Assembly (NCBI GenBank): GCA_963772725.1
Contig: CAVYYI010000001.1
Coordinates: forward strand, 992,001 to 1,056,000
Direction of reading: 5' to 3'
From: an uncultured Phycisphaerales bacterium
GTDB taxonomy: Bacteria; Planctomycetota; Phycisphaerae; Sedimentisphaerales; Anaerobacaceae
Length of the DNA stretch: 64,000 nt
A program made the translations under genes and the position numbers. Positions 19,751-28,319 of the stretch are shown here, piece after piece; within the stretch, counting starts at the first letter, position 1; the number at the start of each line of letters is the position of its first letter. The notes under the pieces were generated by a model that saw only the letters and a program-made list of their open reading frames with translations, was not told the origin of the DNA and made no database searches.

Positions 19751-21286
19751 GTAATGGGTCAGTTATGGGTGGGAGATATTGATTTTGCTGTAAGTATTAA
19801 GGTGCTCAAGTTTATGGCGTAGGATTTCCGATAAAATCCACAGTTTGATGAGATAAGACAAACAAATCGGGAATAAACGCAGATGATTTACTGTCAGCAA
19901 TGCCTTGAAAAACAACGTAAAATCGATGAGCTTCAGGAACAGATAGTTTCACTCAAGGCAAAATTACGACACAAGGAAAGGACAGCCCAAGAAGGTTTTT
20001 TCGGCTCATCCACGCCATCCGCTAAAATTCCCATTAAGCCGAATTGTCAGATAGAACACACAAATAATTGCGGCGGAGGCAAAACAGGTCATAAAGGTCA
20101 CGGCAGAACCGGTGTCTGTGAAAAAGATGCGGACTATGTGCAAAGGGTTGAGGCAGCCGATATATGCCCTGATTGCGGAAGCGTTTTGGAGAACAAAGGC
20201 ACAAGACAACGAGCGGTAATTGATTGCCAGCCTGTTAAGATAAAAAAGCTTCTGTATAATTTGGAACGCAAGTATTGTCCGCGATGCCAAAAGGTAGTTG
20301 CCGCCAAACCTCCTGGTGTTCTGCCAAAGTGTTTATATTCGAATAATCTGCTTGTCTATGTGGCAGTACAGCACTATATCTATGGCAATACACTGGGTCA
20401 GATAGAAAAACAAACAGGCATCGGCTACAGCAGTATAGTTGACGCTTTGCACCAGTTGGCAGGGATATTGAAAGATGTTCCCAAATCACTCATAGAAGAC
20501 TATCGCAAGGCCGCTGTTAAGCACGCTGATGAGACTGGTTGGCGGACAGACGGCCAGAACGGTTTCTCGTGGCTGTTTTGCACGCCTGATATTAGTATCT
20601 TTCGATTCCGCTCCAGCCGTTCTGCCCGTGTAGCCAAAGAGGTTTTTGGCGAAAAGCCCTTGCCGGGTGTTCTGGTTGTGGATCGCTATAACGGCTACAA
20701 TAGGATGCCTTGTAAGATTCAATATTGTTATGCACATCTATTGCGTAATGTTAAGGATTTGGAAAAAGATTTTCCCGAAAACGTGGAAATCAGGTCTTTC
20801 GTTGAAGCGTTGGTCTCCCAGTTGGCTAATGCAATCAGCCTTCGCACATTAGATATAACAGACCGACAGTTTAAGCGGCAGGCAGCTAAAATTAAGAGAG
20901 CCATCATCGATATTGTTAATCACCATGCCAACCATCCGGCCATCCAGAATATGCAGGATATTTTTCGTGAAAAGGCCGATAGGCTTTACCACTGGGCCGA
21001 TGACCGTAAGGTACCGGCAGATAACAATTTGGCTGAACGAGAACTGCGTCCGCTTGTTATTGCCAGAAAGATAAGTTTCGGCTCTCAATCTGAAGATGGG
21101 GCAAAAACGCGTGAGATTCTTATGACGGTATTACATACTATGCGAAAAAGATGTCCGGATGTTGTTGATGCCTTCAAGTCTGCCCTCGACAAACTTGCCG
21201 AACAGCCTGATATAGACCTTTCCAAAGTTCTCTTCCGTGCCGACTCATCATAACCTGCACCTGCCCACCCATAACTGACCCATTAC
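19751..21286 (+). mobile_element. IS66-family element, single-ORF (ISBst12-like) group, 1536 bp
   Basis: Perfect 23-bp terminal IRs GTAATGGGTCAGTTATGGGTGGG (19751-19773 / 21264-21286); 8-bp target duplication AAAAGAAA on both sides. Confidence 0.95.
19883..21253 (+). CDS. IS66-family DDE transposase
   Basis: SSTPS, GHKGH, CPDCG, HADETGW, VDRYNGY, QYCYAHLLR, DNNLAERELR motifs. Confidence 0.95.
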   Translation: MIYCQQCLEKQRKIDELQEQIVSLKAKLRHKERTAQEGFFGSSTPSAKIPIKPNCQIEHTNNCGGGKTGHKGHGRTGVCEKDADYVQRVEAADICPDCGSVLENKGTRQRAVIDCQPVKIKKLLYNLERKYCPRCQKVVAAKPPGVLPKCLYSNNLLVYVAVQHYIYGNTLGQIEKQTGIGYSSIVDALHQLAGILKDVPKSLIEDYRKAAVKHADETGWRTDGQNGFSWLFCTPDISIFRFRSSRSARVAKEVFGEKPLPGVLVVDRYNGYNRMPCKIQYCYAHLLRNVKDLEKDFPENVEIRSFVEALVSQLANAISLRTLDITDRQFKRQAAKIKRAIIDIVNHHANHPAIQNMQDIFREKADRLYHWADDRKVPADNNLAERELRPLVIARKISFGSQSEDGAKTREILMTVLHTMRKRCPDVVDAFKSALDKLAEQPDIDLSKVLFRADSS

Positions 21287-21843
21287 AAAAGAAACCGCTG
21301 ATTTTCTATTTTCCCGCAAAGAGGCAAAGATTTTTTGACTGGATTACAATATACGGAAGTCAGACGCAGGACTCAAGACGCACGACTATTTTTAAACGCT
21401 GATTACGCTGATGACACTGATTTTAAAGAATCCAAAATCAAAAATCTAAAATTGTTATACGCTCTACGCTATATTTTGATACAGAGGGACACAGATGAAT
21501 TCAGACGCAAGACTCACGACACAAGACGAATATCCGCCACAGATTAACACAGATAAACACCGATTATCGACAGGATTACAGGATTGATGCTGAGATTTTG
21601 CCTGCTTTAGTGTACTAAGTAAAGCCCTTTTCTCAAAACAGGTTTTGAGCAGGGCATTTTTTATCGTCCACAGCTTCATTAAAAACGAAAGACAATTTCA
21701 CCGCTGATTTCGCTGATTACATTGATTATTTAAGGGAAAATGGGGAAAATAATAAAAAGGGTTGATTTGGGAGGGAGGAGGGGTTATCATTCAGTTAAAT
21801 TTGTTTACAAGGATGCCTAAATTAAAAGAAAGGATGCTTTTTT

Positions 21844-22227
21844 GTGAGAAAGCCGTGGTCTATATCAACCACTGTTAGAAATCCTGAGCGATTACGAGAT
21901 TTTTTGCAAGTCTTAAAAAAGCTGGAAGGACAGGAATTTACGCCTGAAAATCAAGTTAAATACCAAGTTCTTTTAATACAGGCAAAAGTTTATAGACCGA
22001 ACAAACTTCCGCAATTCTATGAAAATCTCTTCGATAATCCAGATCCTGATAATATCACTTCTGAACAGGCACAGGAAATTTTCAATCTAAAGAATTACCA
22101 AGATCCGCCTATGAGAGGAAGACAGTCGGTAAATCCGCTGAACAAATTGGGTTTTGCGATTGCCCGAGCCGGTTCAGGCCGGATTCAAATTACCGATTTA
22201 GGAAACAGGTTTTTGGCTGGCGATTAA
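21844..22227 (+). pseudogene. Truncated AlwI-family type IIS restriction endonuclease (N-terminal 127 aa only)
   Basis: MRKPWSISTTVRNPERLRDFL and MRGRQSVNPLNKLGF are typical of the AlwI family, but the ORF ends far short of the usual length. Confidence 0.7.
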
Positions 22228-22229
22228 CG

Positions 22230-23147
22230 ATGGCAATTCAAATACTATCAAATCTAAATTATCCAATAGGCAATGTCATTAACCAAGAGTTGCAGAATGC
22301 CCAAATCGCAAAAATGGCTGTCGCTTTTTTAAAATATTCCGGATTGAAAGTAATTGAACAATCCTTGGGAAAATGCTTACAAAGTAACGGCAGTGTTGAA
22401 ATTATTGTGGGCTTAGATTTCAAAACAACAGACCCTCAATCAATGCATTATTTGATTCAACTTCAAAGGCGTGTATCTAATTTGAAATTCTATTGCTATG
22501 GAGATAAGTACGAGAATAAAACTGATATTATTTTTCACCCGAAGATTTATCTTTTTCAGAGTAAAAACGAAACTACCGGTATTGTGGGAAGTACTAACTT
22601 GACAAGGGGAGGATTGCTGACAAATTTTGAGGCGAATGTTATTTTTAAAGAAAACAAGCCCATTTATTTTTCTCAGTTAGAAGCAATCTATAATTCTGTA
22701 AAATTCACGGATTCTGTTTTTGCCCCCGATGAGGAATATTTAGCTGGTTATTCAGAAGTTTATAGAGCATTTCTGCAAAATGAAGAAAAAGCCGGTAAAG
22801 ACAAAGGCATTAAGAAAGTTATAGAACAAATCCAACAGAGAGAGCAAATTTTACCCGGGACGGTTCCATCAATTAAAAGTTTGATAATACAAGTTATAAA
22901 AAATGAACAACAAGACGGGATAGATTTTGTTCCACTTCAAACGATTTATGAAAAAGTAGAAAAAATAGTCGCTGAGAAAAAACTTTCCTATAAAATGGAT
23001 ACATTTAGAAATTCTATTCGTGGTGAGCTAAACAAACATGAAATGAACAGTAAACATCCTGATAAGATGTCTTTGTTTATTCGCTCATCTGAAAGAAAAG
23101 GATATTATTCTCTGACAGAGAGGGGCAAAAAATATGAAGGTAGATGA
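22230..23147 (+). CDS. Phospholipase D-family (HKD) nuclease with probable C-terminal winged helix
   Basis: AVAFLKYSG, FHPKIYLF, VGSTNLTRGGLLTNFEAN; C-terminal LQTIYE...NSIRGELN...KGYYSLT. Confidence 0.8.
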   Translation: MAIQILSNLNYPIGNVINQELQNAQIAKMAVAFLKYSGLKVIEQSLGKCLQSNGSVEIIVGLDFKTTDPQSMHYLIQLQRRVSNLKFYCYGDKYENKTDIIFHPKIYLFQSKNETTGIVGSTNLTRGGLLTNFEANVIFKENKPIYFSQLEAIYNSVKFTDSVFAPDEEYLAGYSEVYRAFLQNEEKAGKDKGIKKVIEQIQQREQILPGTVPSIKSLIIQVIKNEQQDGIDFVPLQTIYEKVEKIVAEKKLSYKMDTFRNSIRGELNKHEMNSKHPDKMSLFIRSSERKGYYSLTERGKKYEGR

Positions 23148-23334
23148 AGAGCATAAAAAAGGCGCTGAAAAATTAAATAATCTAAGATTACCTTTAATTA
23201 GCCGCTCTCGCTGCTATACGTTCCATCCTGATGGTGGGTGTTTATATTGTGGAAGCAAAACTTTTCGATATTATTGTTCTGCCGCCAGAAAAAAATACTA
23301 TCAATGTGAAAAGTGCAGAGGAATTAATCATTAA
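23134..23334 (+). CDS. Small putative zinc-ribbon protein
   Basis: CLYCGS and CEKC pairs; overlaps the upstream stop. Confidence 0.4.
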   Translation: MKVDEEHKKGAEKLNNLRLPLISRSRCYTFHPDGGCLYCGSKTFRYYCSAARKKYYQCEKCRGINH

Positions 23335-23355
23335 CTTTTAATATGGGGTAACAAT

Positions 23356-24199
23356 ATGGGTAATGAATTAATACCAGCAACAAAAATCGCTATTTTCAGA
23401 AAGAAAGAAATCAGGAAAACTATTCATAATAACGAATGGTGGTTTTCAATAACGGATGTTGTGGAAGCTCTAACGGACAGCGCTGATACAAAGCAGTATA
23501 TCAAGAAAATGAGACAACGCGACCCTGAATTGAATTCCTACTGGGGTACAATTTGTACCCCACTTGAACTGACAGCGCCAGATGGCAAAATGAGAGAAAC
23601 AAACTGTGCCAATACCGAAGGCATTTTTCGTATAATTCAGTCGATTCCATCACCCAAGGCAGAGCCCTTTAAGCTTTGGCTGGCCAAAGTCGGCTATGAA
23701 CGGGTGACAGGAAATCGAAGACCCTGAACTCGCGACCAAACGGACACGGGCTTTATACAAAGCCAAAGGATACAGCGATGACTGGATTGAAAAACGCATG
23801 CGAGGCATCGCTATCCGCGAAGAACTTACCGACGAATGGAAAAACCACGGCGTTAAAGAAGATAAGGAATACGAAATTTTGACAGCCGAAATATCAAAGG
23901 CAGCCTTTGGTCTTACTCCCAGCCAATACAAAAAACTTAAAGGATTGAAGCGGGAAAACCTGCGAGACCACATGACTGATTTGGAACTTATTTTCTCCAT
24001 GCTCGGCGAGGCTTCAACAACACAGATTACAAAAGTTGAACATCCGCAGGGTTTTCATGAAAATAAAAGTGTTGCCAGGCGAGGCGGAAATGTTGCTGGT
24101 TTGGCAAGAAAAAAACTCGAACAGGAAACCCGTCAGAAGGTGATTACCAAAAGCAACTATCTTCAAAAACCACAAAAAAAACTTAAAGAAAGTCAATAA
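23356..24199 (+). CDS. Bro-N domain (phage antirepressor-like) protein, apparent frameshift near 23708
   Basis: WWFSITDVVEAL, IQSIPSPKAEPFKLWLA, then EIEDPEL...NLRDHMTDLELIF in the next frame. Confidence 0.85.
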
Positions 24200-24207
24200 C
24201 AAACCTT

Positions 24208-24639
24208 ATACTGAAAAAATTTGGGCTTTGGCTGATTAACGACATTATATGGTATAAGCCCAACGCTGCTCCATTATTACAAGGTAACCGTTGTGCTCCT
24301 TCTACTGAATTAATTTGGTTAGCAAGCAAATCCAAAAAATATTTCTTTAATTATGAGCTGGCCAGACAAATCAACGGCGGTAAACAAATGCGAAACCTGT
24401 GGATATTAAATGCATCCAGACACCTGACTGTTCACCCGACAGAAAAACCTGAAACCCTTTTACAAAGAATAATTTTGATTGGCAGCAAAGAAGGCGATAC
24501 CGTTCTTGACCCTTTTATGGGTTCCGGTACAACGGGCGTTGTGGCAAAACAATTGAACAGAAACTTTATCGGTATGGAAATTGACCCTTCATATTTTGAA
24601 CTTGCCGCCAAACGAATAGAAAATACTGAAAAAATCTAA
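24208..24639 (+). pseudogene. C-terminal remnant of an N6/N4 DNA methyltransferase
   Basis: WLINDIIWYKPN...HPTEKP...VLDPFMGSGTTG; the N-terminal catalytic (DPPY-type) part and a start are absent. Confidence 0.75.
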
Positions 24640-24800
24640 ATTTATTTACATCATCATCTCAATCTACATACAAAATGCAAAACCCTCAACACAGTTTCTT
24701 ATAGAATATTATATATATATATTTTTTTCCTTAGCAGGCCATAAAATTGCAAGATTTTCTCCATCCTCGACAAGGCCTTCAAAGGGGAATTGTAGTTTTG

Positions 24801-25748
24801 CTATCGCGTGCGTTTTGAGTTAACTTCATATTTGTTTTTGGTCATATCCGATTTCAGGTAATCATCATCAAACAGCCGTAAGAGTTCCCATCCATCAGAA
24901 GAATCAAAAAGTAGCTTGTTATTGTTAAATTTAACGTTTAAACCATAGTCTTTCACGGTTTGTTGCAAACTATCCATCGTCAAATTTTGCAGATACGGTT
25001 TTTTTGCTATATTGTGAAGCTTAGTCATTTTAAAAATATGTCCACGACAACTTTGGGAAAATACATCAAAATTATCAACTAAATTTAAACCGGATATTTT
25101 AGTTAAGGTTTGCTCCGCTGTTTTAAGAATTTCTTCAAAAAACCGGAAAATCTTATGAAAACTACTTTTCTTAAGGATATACATTGTTTGACCATAGCTA
25201 AAACAATCAAACTCCATATCAAATAAGTATATTTTCTTTTTGAAACGGTCAAATTTATCACTGCCCATCCATACTGCAAGAGACTTTTTATTTGTCAGTT
25301 CTTTTTTCGGTGTAAAGTTTCTAAATAAAAATATCGGTTCACCTTGTGCGGGAGTTATAATGACAACATAAAACCTTAGCCCCGATATAAAATCCTCTTC
25401 TTGCTTAAAATCGGGAACAGAGCTTAACGATGATAAAGAGACAATCTGGCCCTTGATGGAATTATATACATTAAGGTCGAGATACTCTATCTCATGCGAT
25501 TCCATTTTAACACCTGAATCATAAGGTTGTAACTTTAAATCGCCCTTGTTTTTGGCCTTATTGAGTTTAAGCAGTTCTATTTGCACAATTTCAGAAAAAT
25601 CTTTTGCCAGTCCTGCCATTATTTGTAATCGCTGAAATTGAATTGTATGTTGGGAAGCGTCGAACGCTGCTAAACAAACATTAGCCTGACAAGATGATAT
25701 ATCTAAATCTAATATCATGTTTAAATTGTCTGAAATATTTTTAGTCAT
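24801..25748 (-). CDS. kwaB: Kiwa anti-phage protein KwaB (DUF4868-like)
   Basis: 315-aa soluble protein ending LLRLFDDDYLKSDMTKNKYEVNSK, directly downstream of a KwaA-like TM gene. Confidence 0.8.
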   Translation of the reverse strand: MTKNISDNLNMILDLDISSCQANVCLAAFDASQHTIQFQRLQIMAGLAKDFSEIVQIELLKLNKAKNKGDLKLQPYDSGVKMESHEIEYLDLNVYNSIKGQIVSLSSLSSVPDFKQEEDFISGLRFYVVIITPAQGEPIFLFRNFTPKKELTNKKSLAVWMGSDKFDRFKKKIYLFDMEFDCFSYGQTMYILKKSSFHKIFRFFEEILKTAEQTLTKISGLNLVDNFDVFSQSCRGHIFKMTKLHNIAKKPYLQNLTMDSLQQTVKDYGLNVKFNNNKLLFDSSDGWELLRLFDDDYLKSDMTKNKYEVNSKRTR

Positions 25749-25753
25749 TTTAT

Positions 25754-26266
25754 TTAATCTCCTAATTTTAGCAAAATATCGTCATCAGCCTTGATAACCT
25801 GTAGTTTCTGTCCTCGCCGTATTCTTTTTTTGCTCAAAAGCGAAAAAGTATCCCCTGCTTCATTTTCAATCTGGTATAAATGAAATCTGCACATATAAAG
25901 CATGGGGTTTATATGAATCATATTAGAGTTAATATAAAGAATACCCAATACAAAAAAGAAAATTGCAAGCCCAATTGCCTGCTTTGGGTCATCCCAAGGT
26001 ATGGCAATAAAAGGAATAATATAACTTACAATATAACTCATTGTTTCACTGTCCGCTTTACTTACTGATTTAATCTCCAGCGGCACCGTTGCCATTCCTT
26101 TCGCAAAATGAAGATAAATCATTATCCCAATTAAGCCAATAATCCCTACACCCAGAGCGGAAAACGCTACTAATTTATGCTCAGGCATAAAATGAATAAA
26201 GAAAATCACAGATAATGGGAAATATGAACTCAAAAAAAGCAGAATTCGTGTTAATAAACTTGGCAT
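25754..26266 (-). CDS. kwaA: Kiwa anti-phage membrane protein KwaA
   Basis: LFLSSYFPL, MSYIVSYIIPF, YINSNMIHINP motifs; four TM helices. Confidence 0.8.
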   Translation of the reverse strand: MPSLLTRILLFLSSYFPLSVIFFIHFMPEHKLVAFSALGVGIIGLIGIMIYLHFAKGMATVPLEIKSVSKADSETMSYIVSYIIPFIAIPWDDPKQAIGLAIFFFVLGILYINSNMIHINPMLYMCRFHLYQIENEAGDTFSLLSKKRIRRGQKLQVIKADDDILLKLGD

Positions 26267-26283
26267 ATTATCCTAATTTTTCT

Positions 26284-26532
26284 TTAATGTTCCCTATCTT
26301 TTGGCGGGCAAGGGTCGTTTCCGGGTGGGATTGTATCCTTGCTTCGGAATTTTCCATCAAGCCCTTTTATTATAAGTTCTCCGCCGCCCTGATTACCGAG
26401 CATTTCTTTTGCTGCCTTTTCAGCAGCCCCTTGAGTGTCGTGTAAACTGGATGCCTTGTCTGCATCATTTCTTTTGTTAGCCCATTGACCATCTTCATTC
26501 CGGAATACTATCCGGTCTCTGCCTTTACTCAT
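26284..26532 (-). CDS. DUF2188 family protein
   Basis: GQWANKR...KASSLHDTQ..A...GELIIKGLDGKFRSKDT...DP.PP pattern; RBS AAAGGA. Confidence 0.8.
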   Translation of the reverse strand: MSKGRDRIVFRNEDGQWANKRNDADKASSLHDTQGAAEKAAKEMLGNQGGGELIIKGLDGKFRSKDTIPPGNDPCPPKDREH

Positions 26533-26675
26533 AATTATAATCCTTTCTAAAAATAACACTAACTTCTTATTTTCCGGAAAACTGCGAGATTAAAGGCGAG
26601 AAGTCCCCAAAAGGAAACGCATTTCGAGGATTGCTGAGCCTCATGCTCCGTAACTATCCTTATTCAATTTTTATT

Positions 26676-26697
26676 AAAAACTCAGCTTTTGGCCGAG
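26676..26697 (-). terminator. Intrinsic terminator after the tRNA-like gene
   Basis: CTCGGC-CAAAA-GCTGAG-TTTTT. Confidence 0.7.
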
Positions 26698-26702
26698 GTT
26701 GT

Positions 26703-26786
26703 TTTCCTTAGTGGGAGTCGAACCCACACGCCTTTTCAGGTAGATGGTTGGCAACCATCCGCGTATGCCGATTCCGCCATAAGGCC
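26703..26786 (-). tRNA. Atypical tRNA-like RNA: Leu-type class II body, GCC (Gly) anticodon, frayed acceptor stem, no CCA
   Basis: GGCCTTA TG GCGGAATCGGCATACGC G GATGG-TTGCCAA-CCATC TACCTGAAAAGGCGT GTGGG-TTCGACT-CCCAC TAAGGAA A. Confidence 0.8.
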
Positions 26787-26822
26787 AAATTTTTATAATG
26801 GCAATTTATTGAAAAATAAAAG

Positions 26823-26838
26823 TGCAAATCCCGTGCCA
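26823..26838 (-). promoter_or_regulatory. sigma54 (-24/-12) promoter
   Basis: TGGCAC-GGGAT-TTGCA matches the consensus; predicted +1 is about 26 nt before the tRNA-like RNA. Confidence 0.75.
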
Positions 26839-27704
26839 GCTTATATGGCAAAACGAGATTATTACTAACTCCTTTAAATATAAGGTTTTCGGACTTTTAA
26901 TATTTTTTGTGACTATTATTATTCTGCCTTCCTGACATAATCGAATCAAAATACCCTGCCAAAACAGCACTTAATAATCCAAAATTGCCAATAATAAAGG
27001 TGTTTAACTTAAGACTGTTTCCTCCGTTCAAAAAGGCATTTTTTCGAGCGGTTTAACACCTCTATCATAATAGGGCGTTATTCCCTGAGAAAATGTGTCA
27101 GAAAAATATCAATTTTTCAAAAATTTCTCATTTTTACGAAAAAATGTTAAAATGGGCAAAATAGCAGCTGGTCGTTAGTCATTTAGTAAAATCAGCGTAT
27201 AGCGGGCAGCGTATAGTCATTTCCGATTTCCGATTTTGGATTGAATCTGTGTTTTTTGCATGACTTTAAAAAGTGCGGCTTGTCTTTATACCGCACGGCG
27301 GACGAAGGCGAATCCTGCGTTTAAGCTCGCTTAAATAAGCAGGGTTTGTCAAGAACGCCAAAGACAGGCAAAAACAGTGGCTAAAAAACAGAACTCAGAA
27401 TACAGAACCCAGAAATCAGAATAAAACCAAAAAAATCAGCGTCATCAGCGAAATCAGTGATTAAAGAAAGTCGTTAGTAGTTAGTCGCTGGTCATTAGTC
27501 AAAATTTATCGGCCTTTAGTTCGTCGTGCGTTGTGTGTATTGCGTTGTGCGTATTGCGTATTGCGTCATGAGTATTGCGTATTGCGCCATTTGACGCTTC
27601 ACGCTTCACGAACGACGCACGACGAAAAAGGCAACCGCCTTTTTAACACTGAAAACGCCGCTTTTTAAGCGAAAAGTCCGATATATCGAATTTAATAAGT
27701 CATA

Positions 27705-27956
27705 TATGAAGCTTCATATTTCAAATATGAAGTTTCATCTGTCGAATATGAAGCTTTAGAAATCAAATATTAAGCTTCATATTTAATATATTAAGCTTGA
27801 TATGTCGCATATTAAGCTTCATTTTTCATATATGAAGTTTCATCTGTCGTATATGAAGCTTCATAAGCCGTATATGAAGTTTGATATTTCGTATATGAAG
27901 CATCATCTGTCATATATTAAGCTTCATTTTTAATATATGAAGCTTCATATTTCATT
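27705..27956. repeat. 12 x 21-bp tandem array with palindromic core TATGAAGCTTCATA
   Basis: Units read directly (e.g. tatgaagcttcatatttcaaa, tatgaagtttcatctgtcgaa, tattaagcttcatatttaata). Confidence 0.95.
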
Positions 27957-27960
27957 TTTA

Positions 27961-28220
27961 TTTAGTAAAAATCGTTTAGACCTGGTAAAAATCATTCATG
28001 TTTAGTAAAAATGGCTTTTGAAGTATCGAATGTCGTTTAAACTAAGCAAAAATCATTTTAACTTAGTAAAAATCGTTCCTGCTTAGTAAAAACGGTTTTT
28101 GAAATATCGAACGTCGTTTAGACTGAGTAAAAATCATTTTCCCTTAGTAAAAATCGAATATGATATATCAAACGTCATTAAGACTTAGGAAAAATCGAAT
28201 TTCAAGCATCAAACATTAAA
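27961..28220. repeat. Degenerate 20/21-bp higher-order tandem array (TTAGTAAAAATC units with interspersed TATCGAACGTC units)
   Basis: Nine YTTAGTAAAAATC-like cores spaced 20 or 41 bp apart. Confidence 0.85.
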
Positions 28221-28319
28221 TCCTGCCTGCTGCGGCGGGCGCAGCGGGTCTGGATTAGTGCTTTTTGTCTTATACGACGCTATACGCTCCACGCTGTACG
28301 CTTTTCCTGCGTCTTGCGC

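Noticed and set aside
23356..24199. Prophage inferred from the Bro-N antirepressor
   Set aside because: No phage structural, integrase or replication genes; such Bro-N genes are common in R-M islets.
26703..26786. Ordinary tRNA-Gly or a prophage att site
   Set aside because: The class II Leu-like body and mismatched acceptor stem do not fit tRNA-Gly; I saw no integrase or duplicated 3' end in the window.
27268..27374. c-di-GMP-I riboswitch, HDV/pistol ribozyme, SRP or 6S RNA
   Set aside because: The conserved core motifs and topologies did not match by eye; kept only as an unassigned structured candidate.
27705..28220. CRISPR array
   Set aside because: Period is only 20-21 bp, there are no unique 30-40-bp spacers, and no cas genes are nearby.
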